A stretch of DNA of 46,888 nucleotides from a virus. Its lineage: Duplodnaviria; Caudoviricetes. Made by a program: the position numbers and the translations under genes. The notes beneath the pieces were generated by a model that saw nothing but the letters and a program-made list of their open reading frames with translations, did no database searches and was not told where the DNA came from. The stretch covers positions 1 to 46,888 of the IMG/VR virus record IMGVR_UViG_3300005663_003087; one strand, given 5' to 3'. Positions within the stretch are counted from its first letter, which is position 1. Each line of letters starts with the position of its first letter. Positions 17,381 through 27,585 of this stretch are shown piece by piece.

Positions 17381-20300
17381 CGTTTCGCCGCCTCAAGTCG
17401 CTTGTCATCTTCCAGCTTTTTCAGCATTTTGTTGCCGCGCTCGATAGCACCGATCTGGCCCGTGGCCGCTGCGCCGCGTTGGTTATTTGCTGCTGCCAGG
17501 TGTTTATTGCTTTCACGCTGTAGCTGGGCGTTATCGCGGCGTAGCTCGGCGACTTCCCGCTTTAGGTCGCGCAGGGTTTCAAGCACGTCATTATTGCCTA
17601 GCAGGGGAAAGCTCGGCAGGTCAAAGCCTAGCCGCGCCTGCATCCCGTATTTGCCGTTGCTCATACGCTCTACAGGCAGGATCATTTCAGGCCCGGCTTC
17701 CCCCATTTCACCGATATTGAAGCGTGTTGAGGTGTCAATGACTCGGCCCGATTCAAAGATGCCGCCGTTGGCAAATCGGGAAAGCTTGGCACGCTCTTCA
17801 TTAGCACGAGTTTGGTTGCGATACATGGCGGCATATTCGCGCCCATAGAGATATTCTAAGGAATCACGACCAAACACTTTGTTGAGATGGCTTATCATTT
17901 CTTGCCACTCGGCGTTTGAAAACACCCCATCGCTCATGCGGTTATCAATTAGGCGTGTGATATTCCCAGCATCACGTGGATCTAAGCGAGCAGCTAAAGC
18001 ACCTGACTGCCGCTCTGCGTTTGCAGCAGCGGATTCAAAACCGCTAATGGCACGCTCAGTTTCAATTCTTTGCCGAGCGGCTTTTTCAGCTGCTGCACGC
18101 TCTTTTTCGATGCGCACGATATCGGCCTGAGCCACCCCTAAAGCATTAATAGAGTCGCGCAGGCTGACCATGGTGGAGTTCAAGCCTACAAACTGGTCGG
18201 TGGAACGTGCCATTTCACTGACTAATCCGTTTAGCTCACTTAGCTGGTCGCGCGCCTGTTTTTCCAGGCTGTCGGTATTTAGTTCGGTGCCTTGGCTGGT
18301 ACGGTTCAGTGCTTCCAGGCGCGAGATCGTGCCGGAGCCATCCTTATCGAGCTGCCGGAAAATTCGCTTTAACTCATCGTCTGAGGCGAGGCCCTGGAAT
18401 GCGCCATAAAACTCGTTCCAGTCGATCAAGCCGTCGAGGTTCGCGTCTAGCGAATCGAACATGGGCTTCAGCGTAGAGCCGATACCGCCTGCAAGGCCGG
18501 TCAGGCGCAGGTTGGCTAGCTCTTGCTTGGTAATGATGCCATCGCCGTTGGCATCGACCTGGCGGATCAGGCGGCTGATTTCCGCGTCGCTGGCGATCGG
18601 TGATAGCGCGGCTCTGACCTGTGAAACGGTGAGCTGGTTGGTGTCTAGCCGGGTTAGCTCGCGGCTTAACTCAAACGCCAGGCGTTCATCGGTGGGCATG
18701 GCTGAGATGACGACCGATTGAAGGGCGTCGCGGATCTCGCCAGCCAGGAACTCCTCAGCCGTGATCGACTCTGGCAGCGCTCGAATAGCATCATAAACAT
18801 CCTGCTGGATGCGCTGGCCAGCGAGGGAACTGGCGTTGTAATCGCGGTTGGCGTCGAGCACCTGCTGTGCATACTGAGTAATGTTCTGAAGCGCGTTGCG
18901 GTCGCCGTTTTCTGCAAGCACTAACTGGCGGGCGAGCTGCTCTTGCGCTGTGGCCAGGTTCATCTCCGGTGAACCGCTATTGGCTTGCTGCTGATCCAGC
19001 CAGTTGCCGATATTGGCTAGCTGTTGGTTGAGCTGGTCGCGCACGCGGGATAACTCCCGCTGGTAGTTGCGGGCCGCTGTGGTAGCGTTTTGCTGAACCG
19101 TCACTTCATCCTGCATCGCCCAAATGCGTTCACGCATGGGGCGTAGGGAATCATCGATCGTTGCAAGTTCGCGCTCACGCTCAAGGGCTAGCGCACCTTC
19201 AGAATCACCCATCAGGCTGAGCAGCTCTAACTGCATACCAAACTGCTGTTGATCAAACGTCTGCCAGGCGCGGCGGGCTTGCTGTTCGGCGGTGGCCAGC
19301 GCGGATTCAGCCTCTTGAAGCATCTGGTCAAAGCGTTGGCCAACACGTTCTAGGCCTCGTTCGATCTCGACCAGGGCAGGTGCCAGGTTCATCGCTTCGC
19401 TGTACAGCTCACGCCCGGAAGCCGTGGTGAGGTCGATGCTATCGACAAGATCCCGCAGGGCATCAGTGCTGTTGATCACTTGGCCCGTGCGGGCCGTAAA
19501 CGCGCCAATCGCTTGAGCCGCTGCCGCCATGGCACGCTCTTGGCGCTCGGTTTCGGTGAGTACGTTTTGGTAATAGAAGTCGGCACGGGCGCTGAAGGCG
19601 TCGATGCCTCCGTCAAGGTCTGCCAGGTGGCTGGCGGCACTGCCACCGGCCATTGAGGCTGCCAGGGTAGAGCCGTGCAGCTGCTCTAAGATCGGGTTGA
19701 GTGTGCCCAGGGCGACGGCCAGACGCTCGACGGTTTCGATGGTGGTTTCACCGCCGAGGGCATACTGGCTAACGTCACCGACAGAGTGAATAGCCAGCGC
19801 GTTAAGCGTGTTGCTCAACCACTCTTGGATCTTCGCCTCAGCGTCTTCAGCACTCAGGCCTTTGGTATCGATCCGCGTTAGGCCGGTAGTGAAGCCAGCC
19901 AGCGCGGATGACTGAAAGCCCAGCACTTCGATAGTGGCGGCAAGCGACTGCTCGGTAGCGTCGTAGACTTCTTGTAAAGCGCCTGAAAACTCGCCATCCA
20001 GCGCGCTGGTTTGGGTGCGGCGACGGGAGCTGCGGAACAAGCCGCCTTTGCTGTGCTGCTCGCTAAACTGGTTGCCTGTGACATCACCACCCGACACGCC
20101 CAAGTTCACGCCTGAGCCGGTTTCATTCCACTTGCGGCCACCGAAAAGGCCACCCAAGGCAGAGCCCAAGCCAGACCCCAGCAGCGCGCCGATGGGGCCG
20201 CCGAGGTACGTGCCAGCCAAGCCGCCAACGGCTCCAAGTGTGTTGGATTGGCTGCCCTGGCCAAACAGTTGGCCACCCAGGTAGTTACCCGCGAAGCCCG

Positions 20301-22731
20301 CACCTAAGCCAGCCAAGCCCTGCATGCCGCTGAAGTTCTGCAGGCTGCCGCCCAGGTAGCCCGTGGCACCTGTGCCGCTTGTAGCAGCGTTAGCCCAACC
20401 GCCGCCGTAGGCCTGCGCGCCACCCGCACCGCCCCACTGAATGCCATTGAAGCCGCCTTGCACGGCGTTCCACATATTGCCTATGCTGCCAGGGTTTATG
20501 CCAAAGCCGCTGCTAGAATCAGCACCACCCACACCGCCAGCGGCAAAACCGAGCGATCCTGCAACCGCCACGGTTAAGCGCTGAGTGGTCAGCATGTGGG
20601 CGATTTCGGCTAGGGTCTGCTGGAAGCCACGTTTGACGGTATCCAGCGCGCTGCGGCTGCCATCGATAAAGCCCAACCAAAGGTCAACACCGGCATCGTC
20701 TACACGGCGAATGGCGTTTTCAGAGACGGTAGCCCAGGTGGAAACGTTAACGCTGATTTGATCGGCAGCTTCTTTTGCTGTCTCGCCGGTGTCCATGTGC
20801 GCCTGCTGTAACGCGCCCATCAATTGCAGATATTCACTAACGCCGATACGCCCCATGGCGAAGGCTAGGTTTAGGGTGTTTTGATCTTGGGCCAGTTGAA
20901 CCACTTCGGCGCGGCCAGGGCGCATGCGGTTGCGTAACGCCTCAATGGCTGCCGCCTGGGCTTCGGTGGCTTTGGTGAGGGCTAGTGCAGCAGCGGCTGC
21001 TTCACGTGCGGCTTGGGTCGCTGCTTTGGTAGTTTGGGTAGATTTCGCAGCGGAAACCGTGATGTCATCAAGCGCTATTGCACCGGCACGATCTGCAGTA
21101 GTTGCGTTCTCTCGCTCAGCGCGGTTTTCACGAATAGCGGTTTGAATCCTGACTTGCTCTTCCCACAAACCGGCTAGGGATTGCGCCTGCTGGTCAATCG
21201 CGCCAGTGACGCTATCAGCCATTCCTTTATGCGAGTTTTCATAGAACGCCTGGCGAGTCTCAAGCTCGACCATTTGAGCCATTGCATCCTGCGCTTGCAG
21301 GGAAACAGCTTCTAACGCATTGATGAGATTGTCGTATGACGCATCTAAAGCCGCCGTCGTACCACTGCGTATAGCGGCTGTATTTTCTTCCAAGGCATTA
21401 GTGGTGTTCTGAGCTACTACATCGACCAGCCCCAGTTCTTCACGGAAGTAATAGATCGCTCCGGCAGCAATTACCGCAGCACCTGCAGGGCCACCGACTA
21501 GCGCAAGCGCACCAGTGGCCACACGAGTAGCGCCCGCCATGGCCGTCGCCGCTGCGGCTTGCCGGGTAGTGGCACCGGTGAGCAGATTGATAGCGCCAGT
21601 GGTGGTGGCCACAACAGCCGTTTTGGCAGCCAACGCCGCCTGGCTGGTAGCAATGGCACCCACGTAACGGCCAGCCAGCACCACGGCCACTGCGGTAGCA
21701 GCGAACTGGATGTTGTCGATGTTATTAAGCAGCGGATCAATCGATGCGGTCATCATGTCTGCCGCATTGATTATGATGCCTGCGACACCCTCCGATGTAC
21801 CCATTGCCTGGTCTAGCTCGCCGACCAAGCGGCGGGCGGAGGTACCCATGCGCACAAAACCGTCTTCGATGGTCGCGGGCATCTCTCCGGCGCGGTCGCG
21901 CACGTCATCCAACGATCCGATCAGTGCGCTAGCAATCACATCGCCGGTAATCTTCCCCTCTGATGCCAGCCCACGCAGTTGGCTAACTGTCACGCCCAGC
22001 TGATTCGCCAACGCCTGGGCAACTTCACCCCCATTCGCCAGCACCGTCTGGAGTCCATCGGCTTGAAGTGTTCCAACGGCCATTGCGCGAGACAGGGCAT
22101 TTTGTACAGACTCCGCTTGCTGCCCCCGTGTAGCGGTCAACACCAGCATATGATTGAGCGATTCAGTGTAGTCCGCCGCTTCATCGGCGGTTCGCCCCAG
22201 ATCCCTCAATGCAGATACGTTACTGGCGTAGGTGCGTGCCGTCAGCTCCAGTGGCGCATACGATGCGTTAGCGATATCTGTGATACGGCGCATCATGTCG
22301 CCAGCCTCACTCATATCGCCGATGGCGGCACCGACCACCGATTGCATGTCTGACCAGCCATCGGTCATACCGACGACTTGGCGAACAGAAAACGCACCAA
22401 ACGCTAAACCCGCCATTCTGCGTAGCGAGTTTAAATGGCCGGTGGTGGTTTGGGCTTGCTGCCCTGTTTGGGCTAAAGCCTGATTGGCTTCGCTGCCGCC
22501 GCGTGCAGCTTCGGTACCAAACGCACGGGCTTCGCGCTGGGTTTCACGTAGGTGTTCGGAGACAGTCGTTGCGCTACGGCCTGGTGCCGTTAGCGCCTCT
22601 TCGGCCTTGCGGCTTTCCCGCTCTGTGGTGACCGTAAAATCACGCACATCACCCTGGGCATCCTTTAAGGTGCCCGAAAGCTGGCGTCCATCGCCAGTAA
22701 GGGTAACGCTTAGCGTTAGATTGTTGTTCAC
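17377..22731 (-). CDS. Tape measure protein with C-terminal EF-hand motifs
   Basis: 1784 aa, Ala-rich helical, tape-measure N-domain, directly after the chaperones. Confidence 0.92.
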   Translation of the reverse strand: MNNNLTLSVTLTGDGRQLSGTLKDAQGDVRDFTVTTERESRKAEEALTAPGRSATTVSEHLRETQREARAFGTEAARGGSEANQALAQTGQQAQTTTGHLNSLRRMAGLAFGAFSVRQVVGMTDGWSDMQSVVGAAIGDMSEAGDMMRRITDIANASYAPLELTARTYASNVSALRDLGRTADEAADYTESLNHMLVLTATRGQQAESVQNALSRAMAVGTLQADGLQTVLANGGEVAQALANQLGVTVSQLRGLASEGKITGDVIASALIGSLDDVRDRAGEMPATIEDGFVRMGTSARRLVGELDQAMGTSEGVAGIIINAADMMTASIDPLLNNIDNIQFAATAVAVVLAGRYVGAIATSQAALAAKTAVVATTTGAINLLTGATTRQAAAATAMAGATRVATGALALVGGPAGAAVIAAGAIYYFREELGLVDVVAQNTTNALEENTAAIRSGTTAALDASYDNLINALEAVSLQAQDAMAQMVELETRQAFYENSHKGMADSVTGAIDQQAQSLAGLWEEQVRIQTAIRENRAERENATTADRAGAIALDDITVSAAKSTQTTKAATQAAREAAAAALALTKATEAQAAAIEALRNRMRPGRAEVVQLAQDQNTLNLAFAMGRIGVSEYLQLMGALQQAHMDTGETAKEAADQISVNVSTWATVSENAIRRVDDAGVDLWLGFIDGSRSALDTVKRGFQQTLAEIAHMLTTQRLTVAVAGSLGFAAGGVGGADSSSGFGINPGSIGNMWNAVQGGFNGIQWGGAGGAQAYGGGWANAATSGTGATGYLGGSLQNFSGMQGLAGLGAGFAGNYLGGQLFGQGSQSNTLGAVGGLAGTYLGGPIGALLGSGLGSALGGLFGGRKWNETGSGVNLGVSGGDVTGNQFSEQHSKGGLFRSSRRRTQTSALDGEFSGALQEVYDATEQSLAATIEVLGFQSSALAGFTTGLTRIDTKGLSAEDAEAKIQEWLSNTLNALAIHSVGDVSQYALGGETTIETVERLAVALGTLNPILEQLHGSTLAASMAGGSAASHLADLDGGIDAFSARADFYYQNVLTETERQERAMAAAAQAIGAFTARTGQVINSTDALRDLVDSIDLTTASGRELYSEAMNLAPALVEIERGLERVGQRFDQMLQEAESALATAEQQARRAWQTFDQQQFGMQLELLSLMGDSEGALALERERELATIDDSLRPMRERIWAMQDEVTVQQNATTAARNYQRELSRVRDQLNQQLANIGNWLDQQQANSGSPEMNLATAQEQLARQLVLAENGDRNALQNITQYAQQVLDANRDYNASSLAGQRIQQDVYDAIRALPESITAEEFLAGEIRDALQSVVISAMPTDERLAFELSRELTRLDTNQLTVSQVRAALSPIASDAEISRLIRQVDANGDGIITKQELANLRLTGLAGGIGSTLKPMFDSLDANLDGLIDWNEFYGAFQGLASDDELKRIFRQLDKDGSGTISRLEALNRTSQGTELNTDSLEKQARDQLSELNGLVSEMARSTDQFVGLNSTMVSLRDSINALGVAQADIVRIEKERAAAEKAARQRIETERAISGFESAAANAERQSGALAARLDPRDAGNITRLIDNRMSDGVFSNAEWQEMISHLNKVFGRDSLEYLYGREYAAMYRNQTRANEERAKLSRFANGGIFESGRVIDTSTRFNIGEMGEAGPEMILPVERMSNGKYGMQARLGFDLPSFPLLGNNDVLETLRDLKREVAELRRDNAQLQRESNKHLAAANNQRGAAATGQIGAIERGNKMLKKLEDDKRLEAAKR

Positions 22732-22748
22732 AGTCGGGCCTTCTAACG

Positions 22749-23138
22749 TTAATGGCGGGGTTTGTTCATAACGCTGAGCGCGCCGTACTCGATGAGCTGC
22801 ACCTGATCCAGCCGCTCAAGTTGTTCTGCCGGGGGCAACTGATAAAGGCTGATTACGCTGATGATGGCCTTTACATCTAGTGCCTCGCGTTGGCCTTCCA
22901 TGCCTTTGAATACCCACTGGCGGGAGCAGCGTTGGAAGGTCTGAACGGCCTCCCAGTTCTCCGGCAGTACGTCGAAGAGATCCGGTGCGGCTGCTTCTTC
23001 CTCTGCCTCTTCGGCCAGTTCCCCCGCCAACGTAATGCCAAGGGCAGAAAGGTCATCCTTGACCAAGTTGGGTTGGGCCTTTGCCTTTTCGGCCTCAGCC
23101 CAGGCCTTGCCAGCGTCGACTAGATTCGCCCACGGTTC
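22749..23138 (-). CDS. Tail assembly chaperone, frameshifted (GT-like) part
   Basis: The -1 frame is open from the slippery site to the stop at 22749. Confidence 0.75.
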   Translation of the reverse strand, partial: EPWANLVDAGKAWAEAEKAKAQPNLVKDDLSALGITLAGELAEEAEEEAAAPDLFDVLPENWEAVQTFQRCSRQWVFKGMEGQREALDVKAIISVISLYQLPPAEQLERLDQVQLIEYGALSVMNKPRH

Positions 23139-23443
23139 TTTTTTGAAACTGACTCCTGGTAGGCGGTGATCAGCGCGGTGCTAGCGGCAGGGTCGTTTTT
23201 CAGGGCATGCAACAACTCTTCGCCTTCCAGTGGCTTGCCACCTTCGCCGGGTACTTCAATGCCTTGGGCACCCATAAGCACCTGATCAAGCAGCAGCGTG
23301 TCAGCAGGCATATTGCGAAGCTGGTCTTGCGGCATTGCCTTGAACGTGGCAGTGAACTTGCCGGTGTGTTCTTTGCCCGCTTCGTCGTAAACGGTGAGGG
23401 CAACGGGATACGGGTAGGTGCGGTTAGTGTTGAGCTTGAACAC
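23120..23443 (-). CDS. Tail assembly chaperone (G-like)
   Basis: Between tail tube and tape measure genes; A AAA AAG near its 3' end. Confidence 0.8.
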   Translation of the reverse strand: MFKLNTNRTYPYPVALTVYDEAGKEHTGKFTATFKAMPQDQLRNMPADTLLLDQVLMGAQGIEVPGEGGKPLEGEELLHALKNDPAASTALITAYQESVSKKNRGRI

Positions 23444-23505
23444 GGGTGTTTCTCCTGGTTAAAAACGGGTCGTTAAAGGCTGGTTAACCGCCACATATGC
23501 AACGG

Positions 23506-24465
23506 TTAAGGGGCTTCTTCTTCGGGAATGGGGTTACCCACAACGATCAATACTTCGTCATTGCCGTCGACGGGCTCCGGGCTGTAGTTGATGCTCAGCA
23601 TCTGGATACCGTCTTGATCCGAGTAGGTCGGTGATTCGATGCCGACTTTCCGCATGCTGAGCTCGATGCGCTCTTGTGGCGTTTTGCCATGAACAAGCTT
23701 GAGCGCGCCGGTAGCGGCGTTTTGTGACATCTGGAAGTAATTCACCGTACCGACACCCGGATCTTCGATCCGCAGTTGGCCCGAAGGGGTGCGGCCAGTG
23801 ATCTCGATATCGTTGGAACCAACAATTTTGTTGTGAACCACTTGGCCCGACATATCGAGTGAGAACTGGTCGAAGGGTACAGTGGCACCCATAAATTCAA
23901 GTGGCTCGGTATTGAGGGAGTTAACGGCCAACGCGGCACGCCACTGACTAAGTACGACGTTGGGCAATTCCTCTTGCGTCACTGGGCTGATCAATGCGCG
24001 GTAGGTGAAGCGGATCACCGGCATGTTTTCAGCGTTGACGGTAATGGCCGGGGTTCCCCGCGCACCACGCCCTTTATGCAAGTTGCCGTCTACATTGCAG
24101 AAGAACACGCCGCTGTCTTCGTCTTCTGATACCGGCGAATAGATCACGCGCTCGCCTTCCTCAATCACTTCACTCCAGCCACAGGCGCGCAGTAACTTGC
24201 CCCAAGGTGGCGGCGTGCCCAGCTTACCGCTGGTGTTCCATTCCAACTCAAAAACAGCTTCCACATGCTTCTCACCTGGTGCCTGTGGCGAGTTGCCGTA
24301 GTAAGGGCGCACAAAATTACGCGCGATGTTGCCGCCCGATAACGGCGTGACGGTAATCTCGCGCATCAAGATGCCATCCGTTGCCGATTCCGGCGTAGTG
24401 GTGCCATCGTTGTATTCGGATTCCAGAGCGAATCGCATCGCCCGGCGGTTCGTTTTCATACTCAC
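23506..24465 (-). CDS. Major tail tube protein
   Basis: 319 aa, beta-rich, LLRACG motif, canonical position. Confidence 0.8.
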   Translation of the reverse strand: MSMKTNRRAMRFALESEYNDGTTTPESATDGILMREITVTPLSGGNIARNFVRPYYGNSPQAPGEKHVEAVFELEWNTSGKLGTPPPWGKLLRACGWSEVIEEGERVIYSPVSEDEDSGVFFCNVDGNLHKGRGARGTPAITVNAENMPVIRFTYRALISPVTQEELPNVVLSQWRAALAVNSLNTEPLEFMGATVPFDQFSLDMSGQVVHNKIVGSNDIEITGRTPSGQLRIEDPGVGTVNYFQMSQNAATGALKLVHGKTPQERIELSMRKVGIESPTYSDQDGIQMLSINYSPEPVDGNDEVLIVVGNPIPEEEAP

Positions 24466-24896
24466 GGGGAATTCTCCTTAAGTGGCCACCAGTATTCGGC
24501 GGTTAGCACATCGGCCCAGAAAAGGGCGTGACTTTGTAGGGCCATTAGCTGGCCGCGTTGCCATTTCACGGCGATGTCGCAACCGGGCGGCATCCAATTA
24601 ATCAATGCAGTGAGGGCAGGCTCGCGCAGCCGTGTCAGTTCGTCGTCACCCGCTGTGGCCACTGGGCCTAGCGGTTGGTTACGGCGACGAATACCCGTGA
24701 CCAACAACACCTCGGTTTTCACGCGATGCCGCGCCTGGTTGCTCATTGCGCCGTGGCTGACGGTTTCACGACCTAATACCAGCATCATGTTGGGTAGCTG
24801 CGAGTTGCTCTTGGCGGCTTCCACATCGGCGGCTAGCTGCACCACTGGGCCGCCCAAGGCGTTTAAGCGTTCCAACCACGGCGTGAGCGACAGCAT
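24462..24896 (-). CDS. Tail terminator / completion protein
   Basis: 144 aa; ALINWMP motif; position before the tube gene. Confidence 0.6.
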   Translation of the reverse strand: MLSLTPWLERLNALGGPVVQLAADVEAAKSNSQLPNMMLVLGRETVSHGAMSNQARHRVKTEVLLVTGIRRRNQPLGPVATAGDDELTRLREPALTALINWMPPGCDIAVKWQRGQLMALQSHALFWADVLTAEYWWPLKENSP

Positions 24897-25180
24897 TACT
24901 TAGCCTCTTTGCCTGTTGGCTCTTCAGTGGCCACAACCTTCACAGGCGGTGGCGCATGCTCCATCACCAGAGCGGTATCGGCTTTGATCGCCTTGTAGGC
25001 GCTGCCTTTATCGTCCAGGGTCAGGTACTTCCATTCGTTGGTGAAAATCGTGCCGCTGTTAGTGCGCTTGGCACCGGTGGCTTTCGTTTTCACCCGCACC
25101 TGTACGTCTTTGCGGGGTGCTGGCGGCGTTTTCTTCTCAGCCGTGGCTGCTTTAGTGGTTGGTTTGGCACTCATGGCCAT
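24896..25180 (-). CDS. Hypothetical virion-associated protein
   Basis: Good SD; lies in the neck region. Confidence 0.55.
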   Translation of the reverse strand: MAMSAKPTTKAATAEKKTPPAPRKDVQVRVKTKATGAKRTNSGTIFTNEWKYLTLDDKGSAYKAIKADTALVMEHAPPPVKVVATEEPTGKEAK

Positions 25181-25185
25181 CTCCT

Positions 25186-25596
25186 TTAGTAACCGCCGCC
25201 AGAAAACACACGGCGGCCTGAGTTCATTTGCACGCTGCCCGCGCTGCTGGAGGCAGGGCCGGTTGAGATACCCAACTTGACCTCACCACGCGAGACTGAG
25301 CGCAGGAACTTCACCGCGTCGTCATAGCGCTTTTGCACCTGGTCGCTGGCGTGTTCGTCGTAGAGCCGGTACCGGGCGATATCACACGCATTGGCAATCA
25401 CGATGCGTGGCACCGGCGACAGCGGCACGGGGTAGCCCGCTGCACTCACATAGCCGTCGATCTCGCCGCTGGCGTCGTCGCATGCGCGCTCGACAACAGC
25501 GGTATCGATAGCCGTGCCCGTTTCATCGCGGGCGATCGCGAGCAGCTCGGCTTCGCCAAAACGTTCGACTAGGTCGGCTTGCGTGCAGTAGGGCAT
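25186..25596 (-). CDS. Head-tail adaptor, Mu gp36/DUF1320-like
   Basis: MPYCTQADL...ASGEIDGY...CDIARYRL...RYDDAVKFL. Confidence 0.88.
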   Translation of the reverse strand: MPYCTQADLVERFGEAELLAIARDETGTAIDTAVVERACDDASGEIDGYVSAAGYPVPLSPVPRIVIANACDIARYRLYDEHASDQVQKRYDDAVKFLRSVSRGEVKLGISTGPASSSAGSVQMNSGRRVFSGGGY

Positions 25597-25620
25597 GGGT
25601 TAAGCCTCCGTTAGTCAGCC

Positions 25621-26526
25621 TTACGCAGCGCTAGGCAGCCAAGGGTTCATAATGAGCTGTGAGGTGTTGGCCCATTCGTTGGTCGCGCCCGCTTCGTTCA
25701 TGGCGTTGGTGAGCACACGCCGTGCCGGGCCTTCCATATTGCTGGGTACCATCGTGTGGCTGTGGCGCAACGCCAATGGGCGGTCATGGTCGCCTTTCAG
25801 CTCCTGGAGCTTCTTGCGAGCTAGCTCATAGTTCGCTGCGTTGAAGGGTTGGTTAGAACGAACGACCAGTTGCCATAGGCCTGCACCGGCATTCACACGG
25901 GCATCCACGCCCATGATGAAGTTGTCGGTCATGAAGACTTGAGAGTCATCCAGGTTGGTCAGGGCGCGGAAGTCATAGTCACGGCGCTTCTGGAAGACCA
26001 TCGGCTTGATGGCGCGGGTGAGATCCATGACATACCAGGCAGCGCCATTGCCGCCCATGTCGTTGGAAACGCCGATTTCCTTGTTCTTGGCATCTAACAC
26101 CGGGTGGTCATTGGCAAACAGGCGCTTGCCGTCGTAGCAGATGGGGTTAGCGGCTAACACCTCAACAGCGATTTCGTTGGGGTGCTCACGGCTGGAACGG
26201 CCAAACTCCTGGTACACCGGTGCATACAGGCCGTAGGTGTCGTCTTCAATGCTGTCGCGGGGTACGCCTGCGGTTAGCTCGAACTTGCGGTTCTTGATAG
26301 AGAAGTCCGCACCTTCCAGGCCGTGAATAACACGGTCGCCGAGCCATTCACGCATACGCGGCAAGGCTTTCAGCCATGGGTACACTTCCACGGCTGTGGT
26401 ACTGGTGACAATGGTGCAGAACTGTTCATGCACGCTGCCCGCATCGCCGACAGAGTTGAAGCCCTGCTGGAAGTTGGCCTTGTAGGCCTTGAACAGCGCG
26501 TTCAGGTTGGCGTTATTTAAATCCAT
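25621..26526 (-). CDS. Mu gpT-like major capsid protein
   Basis: YPWL..LPRMREWLGDR, CYDGK.LF...HP and FQKRRD motifs. Confidence 0.92.
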   Translation of the reverse strand: MDLNNANLNALFKAYKANFQQGFNSVGDAGSVHEQFCTIVTSTTAVEVYPWLKALPRMREWLGDRVIHGLEGADFSIKNRKFELTAGVPRDSIEDDTYGLYAPVYQEFGRSSREHPNEIAVEVLAANPICYDGKRLFANDHPVLDAKNKEIGVSNDMGGNGAAWYVMDLTRAIKPMVFQKRRDYDFRALTNLDDSQVFMTDNFIMGVDARVNAGAGLWQLVVRSNQPFNAANYELARKKLQELKGDHDRPLALRHSHTMVPSNMEGPARRVLTNAMNEAGATNEWANTSQLIMNPWLPSAA

Positions 26527-26567
26527 GGTTGCTATCCTCTTGGGCCAAGCGGGCCGTTAATGGGGCG

Positions 26568-26996
26568 TTACAGGTAGACGCCGGAGGTGGGGTCGATCAC
26601 GACCCACACACCAAAGTCGTCTACACCGTCGATGATTCCAGCGAGGGAGCGAGCCGCCTCGCCATCGGTTTTAGCGACGGTGTGGTCGTCTACCAGGTAG
26701 CAAGGCTTGCCAACATCAGCAGCGGTGATTTCGTCGGCATCGAGAGAGTTATCAAACGCAAAGCAGCCAAGTTTCACGTCTACATGTTGGTCGCCAGCAT
26801 CGCCTGTGGTGTTGTCCTGGTAGTGCGTGGCCACACCGACGGCGACTAAGCCGGTAGCGGTTGTGCCAGCTGCCACAAAGCCACTGGCCGCCATGGCGAC
26901 GATGCCACCGGCAAACACCACCGCCCCGGCGGCAAGCGCATGGTTACGGCTGGTGTTATGGCGATACGGTGTGTTGCGATTTTTGGTAAGTGCCAC
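26568..26996 (-). CDS. Capsid decoration/cement protein
   Basis: Small Ala/Gly/Val-rich protein between protease and capsid; likely GTG start at 26996. Confidence 0.65.
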   Translation of the reverse strand: MALTKNRNTPYRHNTSRNHALAAGAVVFAGGIVAMAASGFVAAGTTATGLVAVGVATHYQDNTTGDAGDQHVDVKLGCFAFDNSLDADEITAADVGKPCYLVDDHTVAKTDGEAARSLAGIIDGVDDFGVWVVIDPTSGVYL

Positions 26997-27033
26997 GGTG
27001 TCATCCTCTTGCATGTTGGGTTAGTGCAGCTGA

Positions 27034-27585
27034 TTAGGCTGGGTTAGCGGCGCGGTACTGCTCAGCCGTTAGGCCCATGCCTTTACACACCGCCAGCTCT
27101 GCCTCGTTTAACTCGCCGTCTTTCGCTTGGGTGCTTTCAGGCGGCTTGCCTTGGGTCTGGGTGGATTTCAGTGCGGCGATGCTGGGTGCGCCTTCTAAAT
27201 GCGCTTTACAAGCGGCAATGCCTTTTGTACGCAGCCAATCCGCCGTCTTCTGGCCGGGGATACGGCCATCGTCCAAACCTTCTTTGATCAATGTGTCCAG
27301 CTCGGCGGTTTCACTGCCTGCCTTGAGCGCGGCCAGTTGCTGTGTGGTTTCCTGGTATACGGCCATTGGCACGTAATCGGTCATGTCTGGAGCAGCGGTA
27401 GCGCTTGAGGCTTTAAGGGCCGCAACGGCTTCCGATGGCTTCACGTCGTCTTTGGCACCTAGTGCTGTGCGGAACGCGTCGGCATCTGCCTGTGCAGCCT
27501 TCAGCGCGGCAATGGCGGTGTCGATCTGTTCATCGGTTGCTTCAGCGGCCAAGCCAAGGGTTTGAATCAGTTGCTCACGTTTCAC
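27034..27585 (-). CDS. Internal scaffold protein (Mu gpZ-like)
   Basis: In-frame GTG at 27585 preceded by AGGAG; Ala-rich helical. Confidence 0.6.
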   Translation of the reverse strand: MKREQLIQTLGLAAEATDEQIDTAIAALKAAQADADAFRTALGAKDDVKPSEAVAALKASSATAAPDMTDYVPMAVYQETTQQLAALKAGSETAELDTLIKEGLDDGRIPGQKTADWLRTKGIAACKAHLEGAPSIAALKSTQTQGKPPESTQAKDGELNEAELAVCKGMGLTAEQYRAANPA

